DNA of 64,000 nt from Gaiellaceae bacterium (GCA_045806245.1 JBJMJR010000012.1:3941-67940), one strand, 5' to 3'. Shown: positions 1 through 9,722, numbered from the stretch's first letter. Numbers and translations are program-made. Notes: generated by a model from the letters alone, not told the origin.

Positions 1-1
1 T

Positions 2-106
2 GCCGTCGCTCGCACGATCGCGGCGCTCGCCGAGGCGGACGCCGTCGAGACCGAGCACGTCGCCGAGGCCCTCGCGTACCGCGCACCGTCGGAGCTCGTC
101 GCGTGA
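2..106 (+). CDS. ComM/YifB-family Mg-chelatase-like ATPase, C-terminal fragment (5' end off-window)
   Basis: The frame is open from the window edge and ends ...ETEHVAEALAYRAPSELVA* (TGA 104-106). The tail resembles ComM/YifB C-termini. The stop overlaps the next gene's GTG (GTGA). comM-dprA adjacency is common. Confidence 0.45.
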   Translation, partial: AVARTIAALAEADAVETEHVAEALAYRAPSELVA

Positions 107-918
107 TCTCGCTGCGGAAGTTCGAGTTGCCGCTGCTGCTGCGGGCGATCCACGACCCGCCCTCCCGCCTGTATCTGCGAGGAGTAGGCGACCCGGAACT
201 GCTCCGCGGACCGGCAGTCGCAATCGTCGGCGCCCGCGCATGTTCGCCCTACGGTGCACAGGTCGCGCGCACGCTCGGCCGCGAGCTGGCTGCTGCCGGC
301 CTCGTCGTCATCAGCGGGCTGGCACGCGGAGTCGACGGCGAGGCGCACCGAGGCGCACTCGAGACCGACGGCCACACCGTCGCGGTGCTCGGATGCGGCA
401 TCGACCGCGACTACCCAGCCGCCCACGCATCGCTGGCGAGGGAGATCGCAGAGCGATCGCTGCTGGTGTCCGAGTACGAGCCGGGTGTCGCGCCGGCCCC
501 GTTCCAGTTTCCCGCGCGGAATCGGATCATCGCCGGCCTGTGCACGGCGACGATCGTCGTGGAAGCGCGCGAGAAGAGCGGCGCGTTGATCACGGCCGAC
601 TTCGCGCTCGAGGACGGTCGTGAGGTCTTCGCCGTCCCCGGCGAGATCACGTCGTCGCTCTCGGCCGGAACGAACGCGCTGCTGCAGCTCGGCGCCGCGC
701 CGCTGACATCGGCGAAGGACGTGCTCGATGCGTTCGGGATCGAGGCGCACCCGCGGGAGCCCGTCTCGCATCCACTCCTCGAGCTGATGCCCGCCACCGC
801 CGACGAGCTCGCGCGACGGGCCGGCCTGAGCGCAAGCGAGGTCGCGGCGGCCCTCGCAGAGCTCGAACTGAGCGGCCTCGCGGCCGAAGGAGACGGGACG
901 TACCGTGCGCTCGCGTAG
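103..918 (+). CDS. dprA: DNA-processing protein DprA/Smf (short form)
   Basis: Track ORF 103..918. Rossmann-like DprA core with 'VAIVGARACSPYG' and 'ISGLARGVDGEAHRGAL...VLGCGIDRDYP', plus a C-terminal winged-helix-like tail. Confidence 0.85.
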   Translation: MISLRKFELPLLLRAIHDPPSRLYLRGVGDPELLRGPAVAIVGARACSPYGAQVARTLGRELAAAGLVVISGLARGVDGEAHRGALETDGHTVAVLGCGIDRDYPAAHASLAREIAERSLLVSEYEPGVAPAPFQFPARNRIIAGLCTATIVVEAREKSGALITADFALEDGREVFAVPGEITSSLSAGTNALLQLGAAPLTSAKDVLDAFGIEAHPREPVSHPLLELMPATADELARRAGLSASEVAAALAELELSGLAAEGDGTYRALA

Positions 919-927
919 CATCGCGGC

Positions 928-2058
928 GTGGAAACGGAGCCGTTCTGGCTCGAGCAGTCGCGCCCCGCCGTGGCGGCGCGCACGCTCGACGAGGTCGACG
1001 TCGCCGTCATCGGCGCGGGCATCACCGGTTGTGCGTGCGCGACGGCGCTCGCATCCGCGGGCAAGCGCGTGCGCGTCTACGACGCGCGCGGCATCGGCGA
1101 GGGTGCGAGCGGCCGCAACGGCGGCTTCGCGCTCCGAGGCGCCGCTGCACGGTACGACGTCGCGCGCGAGACGTACGGTGCGGACGCCGCGCGGGAGCTC
1201 TGGCGGCGCACCGAAGAGGCCGTCGACCGGCTCGAGTCGCTCGCCGGCGACGCCTTTCGCCGCACGGGCAGCCTGCGTCTCGCAGCAGACGTCGAGGAGC
1301 GCGTCGAGATCCACGCCGAGTACGAAGCGCTGCGCGAGGACGGCTTCGCCGCGGAATGGCGCGACGAGGTCGGGCACCTGCGACCCGAGTTCCGCGGCGC
1401 GATCTTCCATCCCACGGACGGTTCAGTGCAGCCCGCGGCGTTCGTCGGCAGGCTTGCGGCGCGGGCCGTCGACGCAGGTGTGTGCTTCGAGCCTCAGCAC
1501 CGAATCGAGTCGCTCGAGCAGATCGAGGCCGAGCAGATCGTGATCGCAACGGACGGCTCGGGGCGCGGCCTACTGCCCGAGCTCGACGATGCGCTCTGGC
1601 CCGCGCGCGGCCAGGTGATCGCAACGGCGCCGCTCGGCGAGCGGCTCTTCGAGTGTCCGCACTACGCACGCCAGGGCTTCGACTACTGGCAGCAGCTGCC
1701 GGACGGACGCGTCGTCCTGGGCGGCTTCCGCGACTTTTCGATCCTGACCGAGATGACCGACGACGAGACCACGACCCAGCCGATCCAGGACGCCCTGGAC
1801 GCATTCCTCACCGAGTTGCTCGGCGAGCTCCCGGAAGTCACACACCGCTGGGCCGGCATCTTCGGCCTGACGCAGGATCTGCTGCCCCTCGTCGGCCCCG
1901 TGCCCGGCCACGACGGCGTGTGGGTTGCGGCGGGCTATTCGGGACACGGGAATGTCTTTGGCCTCCTGTGCGGTGAGCTCGTGGCCGGCGCGCTCCTCGG
2001 CCGCGACGATCTGCTGCTGCAGCTGTTCGAGCCGGCGCGGATCGTGCAGCACGTTTAG
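928..2058 (+). CDS. FAD-dependent oxidoreductase (DAO / glycine-sarcosine oxidase-like)
   Basis: N-terminal dinucleotide fold 'VAVIGAGITGCACA...YDARGIGEGASGRNGG'. The length and C-terminal 'GYSGHG' are typical of the DAO family. GTG start. Confidence 0.8.
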   Translation: METEPFWLEQSRPAVAARTLDEVDVAVIGAGITGCACATALASAGKRVRVYDARGIGEGASGRNGGFALRGAAARYDVARETYGADAARELWRRTEEAVDRLESLAGDAFRRTGSLRLAADVEERVEIHAEYEALREDGFAAEWRDEVGHLRPEFRGAIFHPTDGSVQPAAFVGRLAARAVDAGVCFEPQHRIESLEQIEAEQIVIATDGSGRGLLPELDDALWPARGQVIATAPLGERLFECPHYARQGFDYWQQLPDGRVVLGGFRDFSILTEMTDDETTTQPIQDALDAFLTELLGELPEVTHRWAGIFGLTQDLLPLVGPVPGHDGVWVAAGYSGHGNVFGLLCGELVAGALLGRDDLLLQLFEPARIVQHV

Positions 2059-2125
2059 GCCGCCGTTGCCGTTTCGTTAAGCGTCCGTTCAGTTCGCCCA
2101 GTTCCACACAGGACCGGCCTACGGT

Positions 2126-3049
2126 GTGCATGTGAAACGCGTGGCGCTGCTGATCGGACTGGCCGCGCTGCTCGGAGTCGCGCTGCCGCACGCCGCGACC
2201 GCCCATACTGCCGCCGTGCGCGTGCTTGCGATCTCCTATCAGGCGCACGACGGCTTGACGCGCCGCGCGTACGTGATCGTCCCCGCGGACTACGGTCGGC
2301 CCGGCGACCCGCCGCTTCCACTGGTGATCTCGCCGCACGGTCGAGGCGTCAGCGCACAGCTCAACATCCGGCGCTGGGGTCGTCTGCCGGCGCTCGGCCG
2401 GTTCGCAGTCGTCAACCCAGAGGGTCAGGGCCGCGCGCTCACGCTGTTCTCGTGGGGCGACCCCGGCGAGATTCGCGACCTCGCGCGCATGCCGGACATC
2501 GTCGAGCACGCTTTGCCGTGGTTGCACATCGACCGGCAGCGCACCTACGCGTTCGGCGGGAGCATGGGCGGCCAGGAGACCCTGCTGCTGGCCGCCCGTT
2601 TCCCGCATCTGCTTGCAGGCGCAGCCGCGTTCGACGCGCCGACGAACATGGCGGCGCGCTACCGCGCGTTCGTGCATCAACCACTTGGTCCCGAGTTGCA
2701 GCAGCTCGCCCGCACCGAGATCGGCGGGACGCCGACCACCGATCCCCGCGGCTACGCCGTGCGCAGCCCGCTCGACTGGGCGCGGAGAATCGCGTTCTCC
2801 GGCGTCCCGCTCCAGATCTGGTGGAGCACGCGCGACCGGACGGTCACCGACGAGCAAGGCGAATCAGGGCTCCTCTACCGCGACATCAAGCGGCTCAATC
2901 CGCATGCGCCCGTGAGCGAGTTCGTCGGTAGGTGGGCGCACACGACGGAGATGAAGGCGCACGGCTACCTGCCATACGCGTTGTCGCGGTTCGGTCTGAT
3001 GCCGCCGCGCCGGGGCCCGGTTCCGGTCGCGCTCGCGCGCTTCGTATGA
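2126..3049 (+). CDS. secreted alpha/beta-hydrolase (esterase / S9-peptidase-like)
   Basis: Signal-peptide-like N-terminus 'VALLIGLAALLGVALPHAATA' and nucleophile elbow 'FGGSMGG'. Confidence 0.65.
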   Translation: MHVKRVALLIGLAALLGVALPHAATAHTAAVRVLAISYQAHDGLTRRAYVIVPADYGRPGDPPLPLVISPHGRGVSAQLNIRRWGRLPALGRFAVVNPEGQGRALTLFSWGDPGEIRDLARMPDIVEHALPWLHIDRQRTYAFGGSMGGQETLLLAARFPHLLAGAAAFDAPTNMAARYRAFVHQPLGPELQQLARTEIGGTPTTDPRGYAVRSPLDWARRIAFSGVPLQIWWSTRDRTVTDEQGESGLLYRDIKRLNPHAPVSEFVGRWAHTTEMKAHGYLPYALSRFGLMPPRRGPVPVALARFV

Positions 3050-3055
3050 TCGCGC

Positions 3056-3628
3056 GTGGTGCCCGAGGCAATCGTCGACGCAACCGAGCACGGGCTCGTG
3101 CGCAAGAGCGAGGGCTGGTTCGTCGTCAACGCACGCGAGCTGCGCTGGTTCGAGTCGGAGGGGTGGGGTCGGTTCTCGAACTTCGGCGGAGAGATCCTCT
3201 TCGACCAGCTCGGGATCGGGATCACGGTGCTCGGCCCGGGCGCGCCAATGTCCATGTACCACTGGGAGAACGACCAGGAGGGCTTCCTCGTGCTCTCCGG
3301 CAACGCGACGCTGATCGTCGAAGGGCAGGAGCGGCCGCTACGGCAGTGGGACTACGTGCACTGCCCGCCGTACACCCAGCACACCATCGTCGGCGGGCCG
3401 TGCGTGATCTTTAGCGTCGGCTCGCGCGAAAGGCACACGGAGATCGCCCCCGACGGCAAACGAGTCGGGAAAGAGGGCGAGGGCGAGTACACCGTCGACG
3501 AGACGGCGTTGCGCTACGGCGCGTGCATCGAGCCCGGTGCGCCTCAGGACGAGGCGTACGCGCGCTTCCCGCCGCGCACGCCCGTGCGCTACGGCGGCTG
3601 GCTCGACGACATTCTGTCGCTGAAATAA
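3056..3628 (+). CDS. cupin-domain protein
   Basis: 190 aa with a beta-barrel cupin-like core ('FLVLSGNATLIVEGQERPL..WDYVHCPPYTQH'). It starts 7 nt after the previous stop. Confidence 0.55.
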   Translation: MVPEAIVDATEHGLVRKSEGWFVVNARELRWFESEGWGRFSNFGGEILFDQLGIGITVLGPGAPMSMYHWENDQEGFLVLSGNATLIVEGQERPLRQWDYVHCPPYTQHTIVGGPCVIFSVGSRERHTEIAPDGKRVGKEGEGEYTVDETALRYGACIEPGAPQDEAYARFPPRTPVRYGGWLDDILSLK

Positions 3629-3635
3629 TGTCGCG

Positions 3636-4196
3636 ATGAGGAGCTCGGGACTCGCGCAGATCTGCACTGTCGGCCTTCTGGCGGCTGTCGTGTTTGCGCT
3701 CGCCGCCGCCTCGAGCAGCGCGGACGCTTCGCCGATCGTCGGGCGGTGGCAGGCAGAACGCACATGTCACGGGCTTGTCACCGCTCTGAAGAGATACGGA
3801 CTTTCGCGTGTCGCGCCCTCGGTGGTTGCCGACTACTTTCCGAACAGGACGCCTGCTCAACTTGCGAAAAAGAGGGACCTCTGCGCGGGAGCCAAGCCTC
3901 AGCCACACTCGCACTTCTTCACTGCAGATGGAAACTTCGGATCAGTCGACCAGCATGGCAAGCAGGTCGACGACGGAAGCTACAGCATCAGCGGGTCGTC
4001 AACCGTCAAGATCAACGACGGCTCCTTCCGATTCCGTGTGCAGGCGGCGGGATTGACTCTCGCACCACTGCTGACAAAGGCCGAGAAGAAACAGGCGCTT
4101 GCGCACCCACTGAGGTTCAGCACGGCCGGGTGGATGGTCGCGGTCTCGTACGTCGGCCACACGTGGCGTCGTGTCCCGTGCGGCCGCTGGTGCTGA
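3636..4196 (+). CDS. secreted hypothetical protein
   Basis: Signal peptide 'LLAAVVFALAAASSSADA'. No recognisable domain. Visibly lower GC3 than its neighbours. Confidence 0.5.
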   Translation: MRSSGLAQICTVGLLAAVVFALAAASSSADASPIVGRWQAERTCHGLVTALKRYGLSRVAPSVVADYFPNRTPAQLAKKRDLCAGAKPQPHSHFFTADGNFGSVDQHGKQVDDGSYSISGSSTVKINDGSFRFRVQAAGLTLAPLLTKAEKKQALAHPLRFSTAGWMVAVSYVGHTWRRVPCGRWC

Positions 4197-4218
4197 TGCG
4201 CTAGAGCTCGAAGCTGCG

Positions 4219-4728
4219 TCACATCTGTCGCATCGACAAGAGCGCGCGGAAGTCTGCGCGGTCCTTCAGCGCGTCGTCGGGATCGTCCCGTTCCGTGGAC
4301 TTGCCCCGCAGAAGCGACGGTCGCGATATGAGGCGCGCCTGCACGCCGAGCAACTCGCGAACGTCCTCTCCGAAGGAGTCGCGCGGCCACGGGATCCGCC
4401 GGTCGCGAAGCGGAATGAAAGTGTCGCCGTTCGCGTCGCTGACCAGGAACGTCAGCTCGAGCCGAACGCCGGCGCGTTCATAGCCGGTGCCGCCGTCCTC
4501 GTCCGCTTCAGGGGCGTGGCTCCACCCGTCAGCCGCCAGCAGCTCGCCGATTCGCGGCAGGTCGTCGAGCCAGACCGCGACGTCGATGTCGTCGTGGGCT
4601 CGCGTGATCGAACCGACGTAGAAGTCGACGGCCCAACCGCCGAAAAGCCAGTGCTCGATGTGCGCGCTCGCGAACATGTCTTGCAGCTGAGCGAGCGCGG
4701 AGAGCTGTCGGGAGGCGAGCTCATCCAT
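4219..4728 (-). CDS. nucleotidyltransferase, aminoglycoside-2''-adenylyltransferase-like family
   Basis: 'WLFGGWAVDFYVGSITRAHDDIDVAVW' matches, from memory, the ANT(2'')-Ia signature 'LWIGGGWAIDARLGRVTRKHDDIDLTF'. Similar size (169 aa). Confidence 0.65.
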   Translation of the reverse strand: MDELASRQLSALAQLQDMFASAHIEHWLFGGWAVDFYVGSITRAHDDIDVAVWLDDLPRIGELLAADGWSHAPEADEDGGTGYERAGVRLELTFLVSDANGDTFIPLRDRRIPWPRDSFGEDVRELLGVQARLISRPSLLRGKSTERDDPDDALKDRADFRALLSMRQM

Positions 4729-4840
4729 CCGAGGCTAGTCCGTGACCGCAACGATCGCGTCCACGATGATCGGGACGTTCAACGGAGACGGCCCTTGTCC
4801 CGGAGCCGATCGGGCGTGACGTCCGCTTTCCGTCCAACGG

Positions 4841-5674
4841 TCATGCCGAGATGAAGTCTCGAATCATCGGGAGTGCTTCGCCGAGTTTGTTGCGGACCCC
4901 GTGACCGGTGTCAGAGAGAAGCTCGAGCTGCGCATGCGGGATGGCGGCTGCGAGGTCTTCGAGATCGGCAGCGGTTGTGATCGGGTCGAGCTCGCCACCG
5001 ATGATCAGTGCTGGGCACTTGACATTGTGCGCTTCCACCGTGAAGTCGAAGCGGGTCATCTCTTCGCGCCAGAAGTGGATTCCCACTTCGTGTCTTTGGA
5101 TCGTGCGCGCGGCGGCGTCTGGATCATTGGAGCCCGGGTTGTAGAGAGGAAGACAGATCCGCTGGTATGCCTGACGCGTTTCGAGAGTCGGGTGCTCGAA
5201 GTTCCTCGCGGCGGCATCGCGTGCCTCCGTCCCTCCGAGCCTCTCGAACATCGCAATTGCCCGATCGGGACGAATGCGGGCCGCAGTGCTGACGAGCACC
5301 ACCTTCGCGGGTAAGTCTGGAAATCTGCTTGCAACGCCCAGCGCGACGAAGCCGCCGAAGGACCCGCCGAGCAGGATCGGGTGATCGATCTCCAAGGCCT
5401 CGCAGAACGCGGGGATGTCGGCGATCCAGTCATCGAGATTCCAATGATCTGGACTGCTTTCGTCGCTGCGACCGTTGCCTCGTTGATCGAGAAAGAGGAC
5501 TTGAGCGATGTCGGAGAGCCCCGAAAAGGCCGGTTTCATGCCGCTGTGGTCGAACCCGGGACCGCCGTGCAGGCAAATGACTACCGGTCGGTCCTTCATG
5601 TGCGCTCCGTCTGGAACGAGGCCCATGCCCGAGACGTCGAAGTACAGCGTTGTATCGCGAACGCGAATGCGCAC
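4841..5674 (-). CDS. alpha/beta-hydrolase (proline-iminopeptidase-like)
   Basis: 'VICLHGGPG' oxyanion region, 'LLGGSFGG' nucleophile elbow, and a C-terminal His region 'SDTGHG'. Confidence 0.75.
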   Translation of the reverse strand: MRIRVRDTTLYFDVSGMGLVPDGAHMKDRPVVICLHGGPGFDHSGMKPAFSGLSDIAQVLFLDQRGNGRSDESSPDHWNLDDWIADIPAFCEALEIDHPILLGGSFGGFVALGVASRFPDLPAKVVLVSTAARIRPDRAIAMFERLGGTEARDAAARNFEHPTLETRQAYQRICLPLYNPGSNDPDAAARTIQRHEVGIHFWREEMTRFDFTVEAHNVKCPALIIGGELDPITTAADLEDLAAAIPHAQLELLSDTGHGVRNKLGEALPMIRDFISA

Positions 5675-5694
5675 GTCGAGATTCTAGGAGTCGC

Positions 5695-6630
5695 TCAGAA
5701 GGGCAGCGGCGGGAGGTCCAGCTCCCGTGCGCGGTCCATGGCGGCGAGCGCAATCGCGAGGTCCTGGATCGCGAGTCCGGTCGAGTCGAAGATCGTGATG
5801 TCGCTGCTGCTCTGACGACCCTCGGCTGCACCTGTCAGCACATCGCCCACCTGCTCCACGTCATGCCGCGTCAGGACGCCAGTTTCGACTGCGTGGACGA
5901 GCTCGCCGTTGTGCGACGCCTGCTCCCAGTCGTCGCAGAAAACCCGCACGCGTGCCAGTTCGGCGACGGCGATCTCCGCCTTCCCAGGACCGTCCGCCCC
6001 CATCAGGCTCACGTGCTGCCCGGGCTGTAGCGAGCCCGCGCCGAAAACGACTTCGCGCCCCGGTGTAACCGTGACGACGAGGTCGGCTCCGAGCGCCTCG
6101 TCGCGCGTCCCGGCGACGTCGGCGCCGATCCGCTCGGCCACCGACTCCGCTCGCCGACGGTCGACGTCCCACAGCAGCACGCGCTGCCCGCGGGCGACGA
6201 ACGTCCGCGCCGCAGCCTCCCCGTTCACGCCTGCGCCGATCACCGCCGCAGTCGCCGCGTCGTCGCGTCCGAGCGTCTCGGCTGCGAGGACGGCGGCCGC
6301 GCCCGTGCGAAGCGCCGTCACCGCACCCGCATCGAGCACCGCCTTGAGCATGCCGTTCGCTGCATCGGACAACAGCACGAGACCGGTCACCGTCGGCAGC
6401 CCGTGCTCCGGGTTCCCCGGAAACGACGTCACCCATTTGAGCAGCGCATGGCCGCCGCCGAGCGCGGGCATCGCGCGGAAGTCGCCGGCGGGATACGCGG
6501 GGACATAGACCTTCGGGGGCATCGTCCACTCGCCGCGCGCATACGCGACGAATGCGTCGCGGACGGCGTCGAGCGCTCGCTCCGGCGACACCGCCTCGCG
6601 CACCGCCGCCGCGTCGAAGAGCGGGATCAC
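5695..6630 (-). CDS. ornithine cyclodeaminase / mu-crystallin family protein
   Basis: Start re-called to GTG 6630, which overlaps the upstream stop as GTGA; the track ORF ran to 6765. Rossmann motif 'VIGAGVNGEAAAR' and family-typical 'FDSTGLAIQD' near the C-terminus. Confidence 0.8.
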   Translation of the reverse strand: MIPLFDAAAVREAVSPERALDAVRDAFVAYARGEWTMPPKVYVPAYPAGDFRAMPALGGGHALLKWVTSFPGNPEHGLPTVTGLVLLSDAANGMLKAVLDAGAVTALRTGAAAVLAAETLGRDDAATAAVIGAGVNGEAAARTFVARGQRVLLWDVDRRRAESVAERIGADVAGTRDEALGADLVVTVTPGREVVFGAGSLQPGQHVSLMGADGPGKAEIAVAELARVRVFCDDWEQASHNGELVHAVETGVLTRHDVEQVGDVLTGAAEGRQSSSDITIFDSTGLAIQDLAIALAAMDRARELDLPPLPF

Positions 6631-7205
6631 CCGCGCCACCCGCCGGTGTCGCCCTTGTACGTCCCGGCGAAGAGGGCGCGCGGCGTGCGCGCCAGGATCT
6701 TCAGGTCGATCCACGGCGAGCGATGCTCGACATACCAGACGTCGAGCTCGATGCGCTGATCCCACGGCACGCGCGCGCGGCCGTGGATCTGCGCCCAGCC
6801 GGTGATCCCCGGCTTGACGTCGAGCCGGCGTCGCTGTCGCGGCGTGTACTGCTCGACCTGGTACGCGAGCGTGGGACGGGGGCCGATCAGGCTCATGTCT
6901 CCGCGCACCACATTCCAGAGCTGCGGGATCTCGTCGATCGACAGGCGGCGCAGGATGCGGCCGGCGCGCGTGATCCTCGGGTCACCTTCGTTCACGGCAT
7001 AACCGGCGCCCTCGCGCTCGGCGCCGACCTTCATCGTGCGGAGCTTCACCAGCTCGAACTCCCCGCCGCGCAGGCCGACGCGCCGCTGCCGGTACAGCAC
7101 CGGCCCGCCGTCGTCCAGCTTGATCGCAACCGCAGCGAGCGCGAGCGCCGGGCTCGCGACGGCGAGCCCCAGACCCGCGAGCGCCGCGTCGGCAACCCGG
7201 TTCAC
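6627..7205 (-). CDS. small monotopic (PglC/WbaP-C-like) polyprenyl-phosphate sugar-phosphate transferase
   Basis: Start re-called to GTG 7205 (GTGA overlap with the GT2 stop). One N-terminal hydrophobic helix, then the hallmark 'KLRTM....DPRIT..GR.LR..SIDEIPQLWNVVRGDMSLIGPRP'. Confidence 0.85.
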   Translation of the reverse strand: MNRVADAALAGLGLAVASPALALAAVAIKLDDGGPVLYRQRRVGLRGGEFELVKLRTMKVGAEREGAGYAVNEGDPRITRAGRILRRLSIDEIPQLWNVVRGDMSLIGPRPTLAYQVEQYTPRQRRRLDVKPGITGWAQIHGRARVPWDQRIELDVWYVEHRSPWIDLKILARTPRALFAGTYKGDTGGWRG

Positions 7206-8305
7206 CGCGTTCCTTCGGCCTTCGTCCAAACCGCCGGCACGCCGAAGCGCAGGTAGCGCACGAGCGACACGACCGTCGCCCACGTGACCAAGACGTAGTA
7301 GCGCGCAATGCCGACGCCGAGCGCGGCGGCGAGCAGCAGCAGCAACTGCGCGCCGAGCGCGACGTCGTAGACGAGGCCGGAGCGCACGAGCGCGATCGAC
7401 GAGCCGAGCAGGACGAGGTGGAGCAGGCCGCTGGCGTAACGCAGATGACGGTGCGACAGGATCTCGAGCAAGTACGTGGGGCCGAGCCGGCGGAGCATCT
7501 TTCCCCGGAGGACGATCAGCCAGCAGTGCTCGAACATGCGGACCTTGCGGCGGTACTCGTCTTCGTTGTCGCGCGACGGCTTCTCCCACGCGACGGCCTC
7601 CGGCTCGAAGACAGCGCGGCGACCGTGCTGCACCATCAGGTACGGCAGCGCGAGGTCGTGACCGAAGCGGGGATCGACGTCGACGTAGTCGCTCCGCCGC
7701 ACCGCATAGATGGGACCGATCCCGCCGGTGATCGAGCCGAGCCGCGACTCGTTGCGGCGCAGCCACGCTTCCCAGCGCCAGTACGTCCCCTCGCGGTTCG
7801 TCCCGTCAGCGGCCTCGTAGAAGTGGCCGCCGCAGACGTACGCGACGTCCGGGTCGGCGAAGTTCTCGACCAGGTTGCGCAGCGCGTCGGGCTTCCACTG
7901 AGCATTCGCGTCGGAGAACGCGAGGATCTCGCCGTCCGTCTGGCGCACTGCGAGGTTCTGCGCCGCGACCTTCCCGCCCCGTGGACAGCGCAGCAACCGC
8001 ACGCGCGGTTCGCGCGCCGCGACCGTCTCCACCAACGCGTCCGTGCCGTCCGTCGACGCATCGGACGCGACGACGATCTCGTAGCTGTCGGCCGGGTAGT
8101 CGAGCGCGAGCAGGTTCGCCAGCCGCCGCTCGATCACCGTCTCCTCGTTGTGCGCCGCGACGATGACGCTCACGCGCGGCGTGAGCTCGCCCTTGCGGAC
8201 GGGACGGCCCCGCAGCCGCGCCAATATTGCGGCGGCGAGGGGGTACCCGACCTGGGTCCACACCAGCGCGGCGAGCGACGCCCAGAACAGCAGCTTCCAG
8301 ATCAC
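7202..8305 (-). CDS. membrane glycosyltransferase family 2
   Basis: 'VSVIVAAHNEE..IERRL.N....YP....EIVVASDASTDGT' GT-A fold flanked by TM helices. Confidence 0.8.
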   Translation of the reverse strand: MIWKLLFWASLAALVWTQVGYPLAAAILARLRGRPVRKGELTPRVSVIVAAHNEETVIERRLANLLALDYPADSYEIVVASDASTDGTDALVETVAAREPRVRLLRCPRGGKVAAQNLAVRQTDGEILAFSDANAQWKPDALRNLVENFADPDVAYVCGGHFYEAADGTNREGTYWRWEAWLRRNESRLGSITGGIGPIYAVRRSDYVDVDPRFGHDLALPYLMVQHGRRAVFEPEAVAWEKPSRDNEDEYRRKVRMFEHCWLIVLRGKMLRRLGPTYLLEILSHRHLRYASGLLHLVLLGSSIALVRSGLVYDVALGAQLLLLLAAALGVGIARYYVLVTWATVVSLVRYLRFGVPAVWTKAEGTR

Positions 8306-8330
8306 GTGCGAATCGTAGGCCGAGCGCCGC

Positions 8331-9722
8331 TCAGACGGCCTTGACCGACGCCGCCAGCTTGCCGATCGACTCCTTCGCGTCGCCGAACAGCATGACCGTC
8401 TTCGGGTTGAGGAAGAGCGGGTTGTCGATCCCTGCGAAGCCCGGATTCATGCTGCGCTTCAGCACCACGACCTGCTGGGAGTCGTCGACGTTGAGGATCG
8501 GCATGCCGTAGATCGGGCTGCCCTGGTTGTTCCGAGCGTCCGGATTGACCACGTCGTTGGCGCCGATCACCAGGGCGACGTCCGTGCGCGGAAACTCGTT
8601 GTTCGCCTCGTCCATCTCCTTCAGCTGCGGATACGGGACGTTCGCCTCCGCCAGCAGGACGTTCATGTGCCCCGGCATGCGCCCCGCGACCGGGTGGATC
8701 GCGTAGGACACCTCGACGCCGCGGGACTCGAGCAGCGCAGCGAGCGCATGCACGTCGTGCTGCGCCTGCGCGACCGCCATGCCGTAGCCCGGCACGAACA
8801 CGACCTTGTGCGCGTACGCGAGCATCACGGCCACGTCGTCGGCGGTCGCAGAACGCACCTGGCCGTCGGTCGCGCCCGCAGCCGCGGCGGTCGACGGCGC
8901 GAGCTGTCCGAACGCCCCGAAGAGGACGTTCGCGATCGAGCGGTTCATCGCGCGCCCCATCATCAGCGTCAGCAGCGTCCCCGAGGCGCCGACGAGCATG
9001 CCGCTCACGATCAACACGTTGTTCTCCAACTCGAAGCCCGTCGCTGCAGCCGCCAGCCCGGTGAACGCATTCAGCAGCGAGATCACGACGGGCATGTCGG
9101 CCCCGCCGATCGGGAGCACGAACAGCACGCCGAACACGGCCGAGCCGCCGACGAGCGCCCAGATCAGCCATTGCTGCTCGGCGCCGGCCGCGATCGCGAT
9201 CCCAGTCGCGAGCACTCCTGCGAAGAGCAACGCGTTGGTCGCCTGCTGCAGCGGATAGACGATCGGCCTGCCGCCGATCAGCTCCTGCAGCTTCGCAAAG
9301 GCGATCATCGAGCCCGCGAACGAGATGCTCCCGATGATCGCCGAGAGCATGATTGCCGTGCTGATGTCCGTCTTCAGCGTGCCGGGATCGGGCGCGAGAT
9401 TGTGGAACTCGGCCAGCGAGATGAGTGCCGCCGCGCCGCCACCGACGCCGTTGAACAGCGCGACCATCTGCGGCATCGCCGTCATGCGCACCCTGCGCGC
9501 CGCGACGGCGCCGAAGCTGCCGCCGACGACCATGCCGACGGCGATCTCCCAGTAGCTGACCACCGAGTTCTGGGCGAACGTCACGGCGATCGCGACGAGC
9601 ATTCCGACCGCGCCGATCTGATTGCCGCGGCGCGCGGTCGCCGGGTTCGACAGGAAGCGCAACGCCAGGATGAACGTCACGATCGTGACCAGATAAAGGA
9701 GGTTCGTGACCTCGCGGCTCAA
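8331..9722 (-). CDS. pntB: NAD(P) transhydrogenase subunit beta
   Basis: Start re-called to TTG 9722 (TTGA overlap with the pntAB stop); the track ORF ran to 10160. Multi-TM N-terminal part and dIII tail 'GYGMAVAQAQH...SPIYGMPILNV'. Confidence 0.9.
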   Translation of the reverse strand: MSREVTNLLYLVTIVTFILALRFLSNPATARRGNQIGAVGMLVAIAVTFAQNSVVSYWEIAVGMVVGGSFGAVAARRVRMTAMPQMVALFNGVGGGAAALISLAEFHNLAPDPGTLKTDISTAIMLSAIIGSISFAGSMIAFAKLQELIGGRPIVYPLQQATNALLFAGVLATGIAIAAGAEQQWLIWALVGGSAVFGVLFVLPIGGADMPVVISLLNAFTGLAAAATGFELENNVLIVSGMLVGASGTLLTLMMGRAMNRSIANVLFGAFGQLAPSTAAAAGATDGQVRSATADDVAVMLAYAHKVVFVPGYGMAVAQAQHDVHALAALLESRGVEVSYAIHPVAGRMPGHMNVLLAEANVPYPQLKEMDEANNEFPRTDVALVIGANDVVNPDARNNQGSPIYGMPILNVDDSQQVVVLKRSMNPGFAGIDNPLFLNPKTVMLFGDAKESIGKLAASVKAV

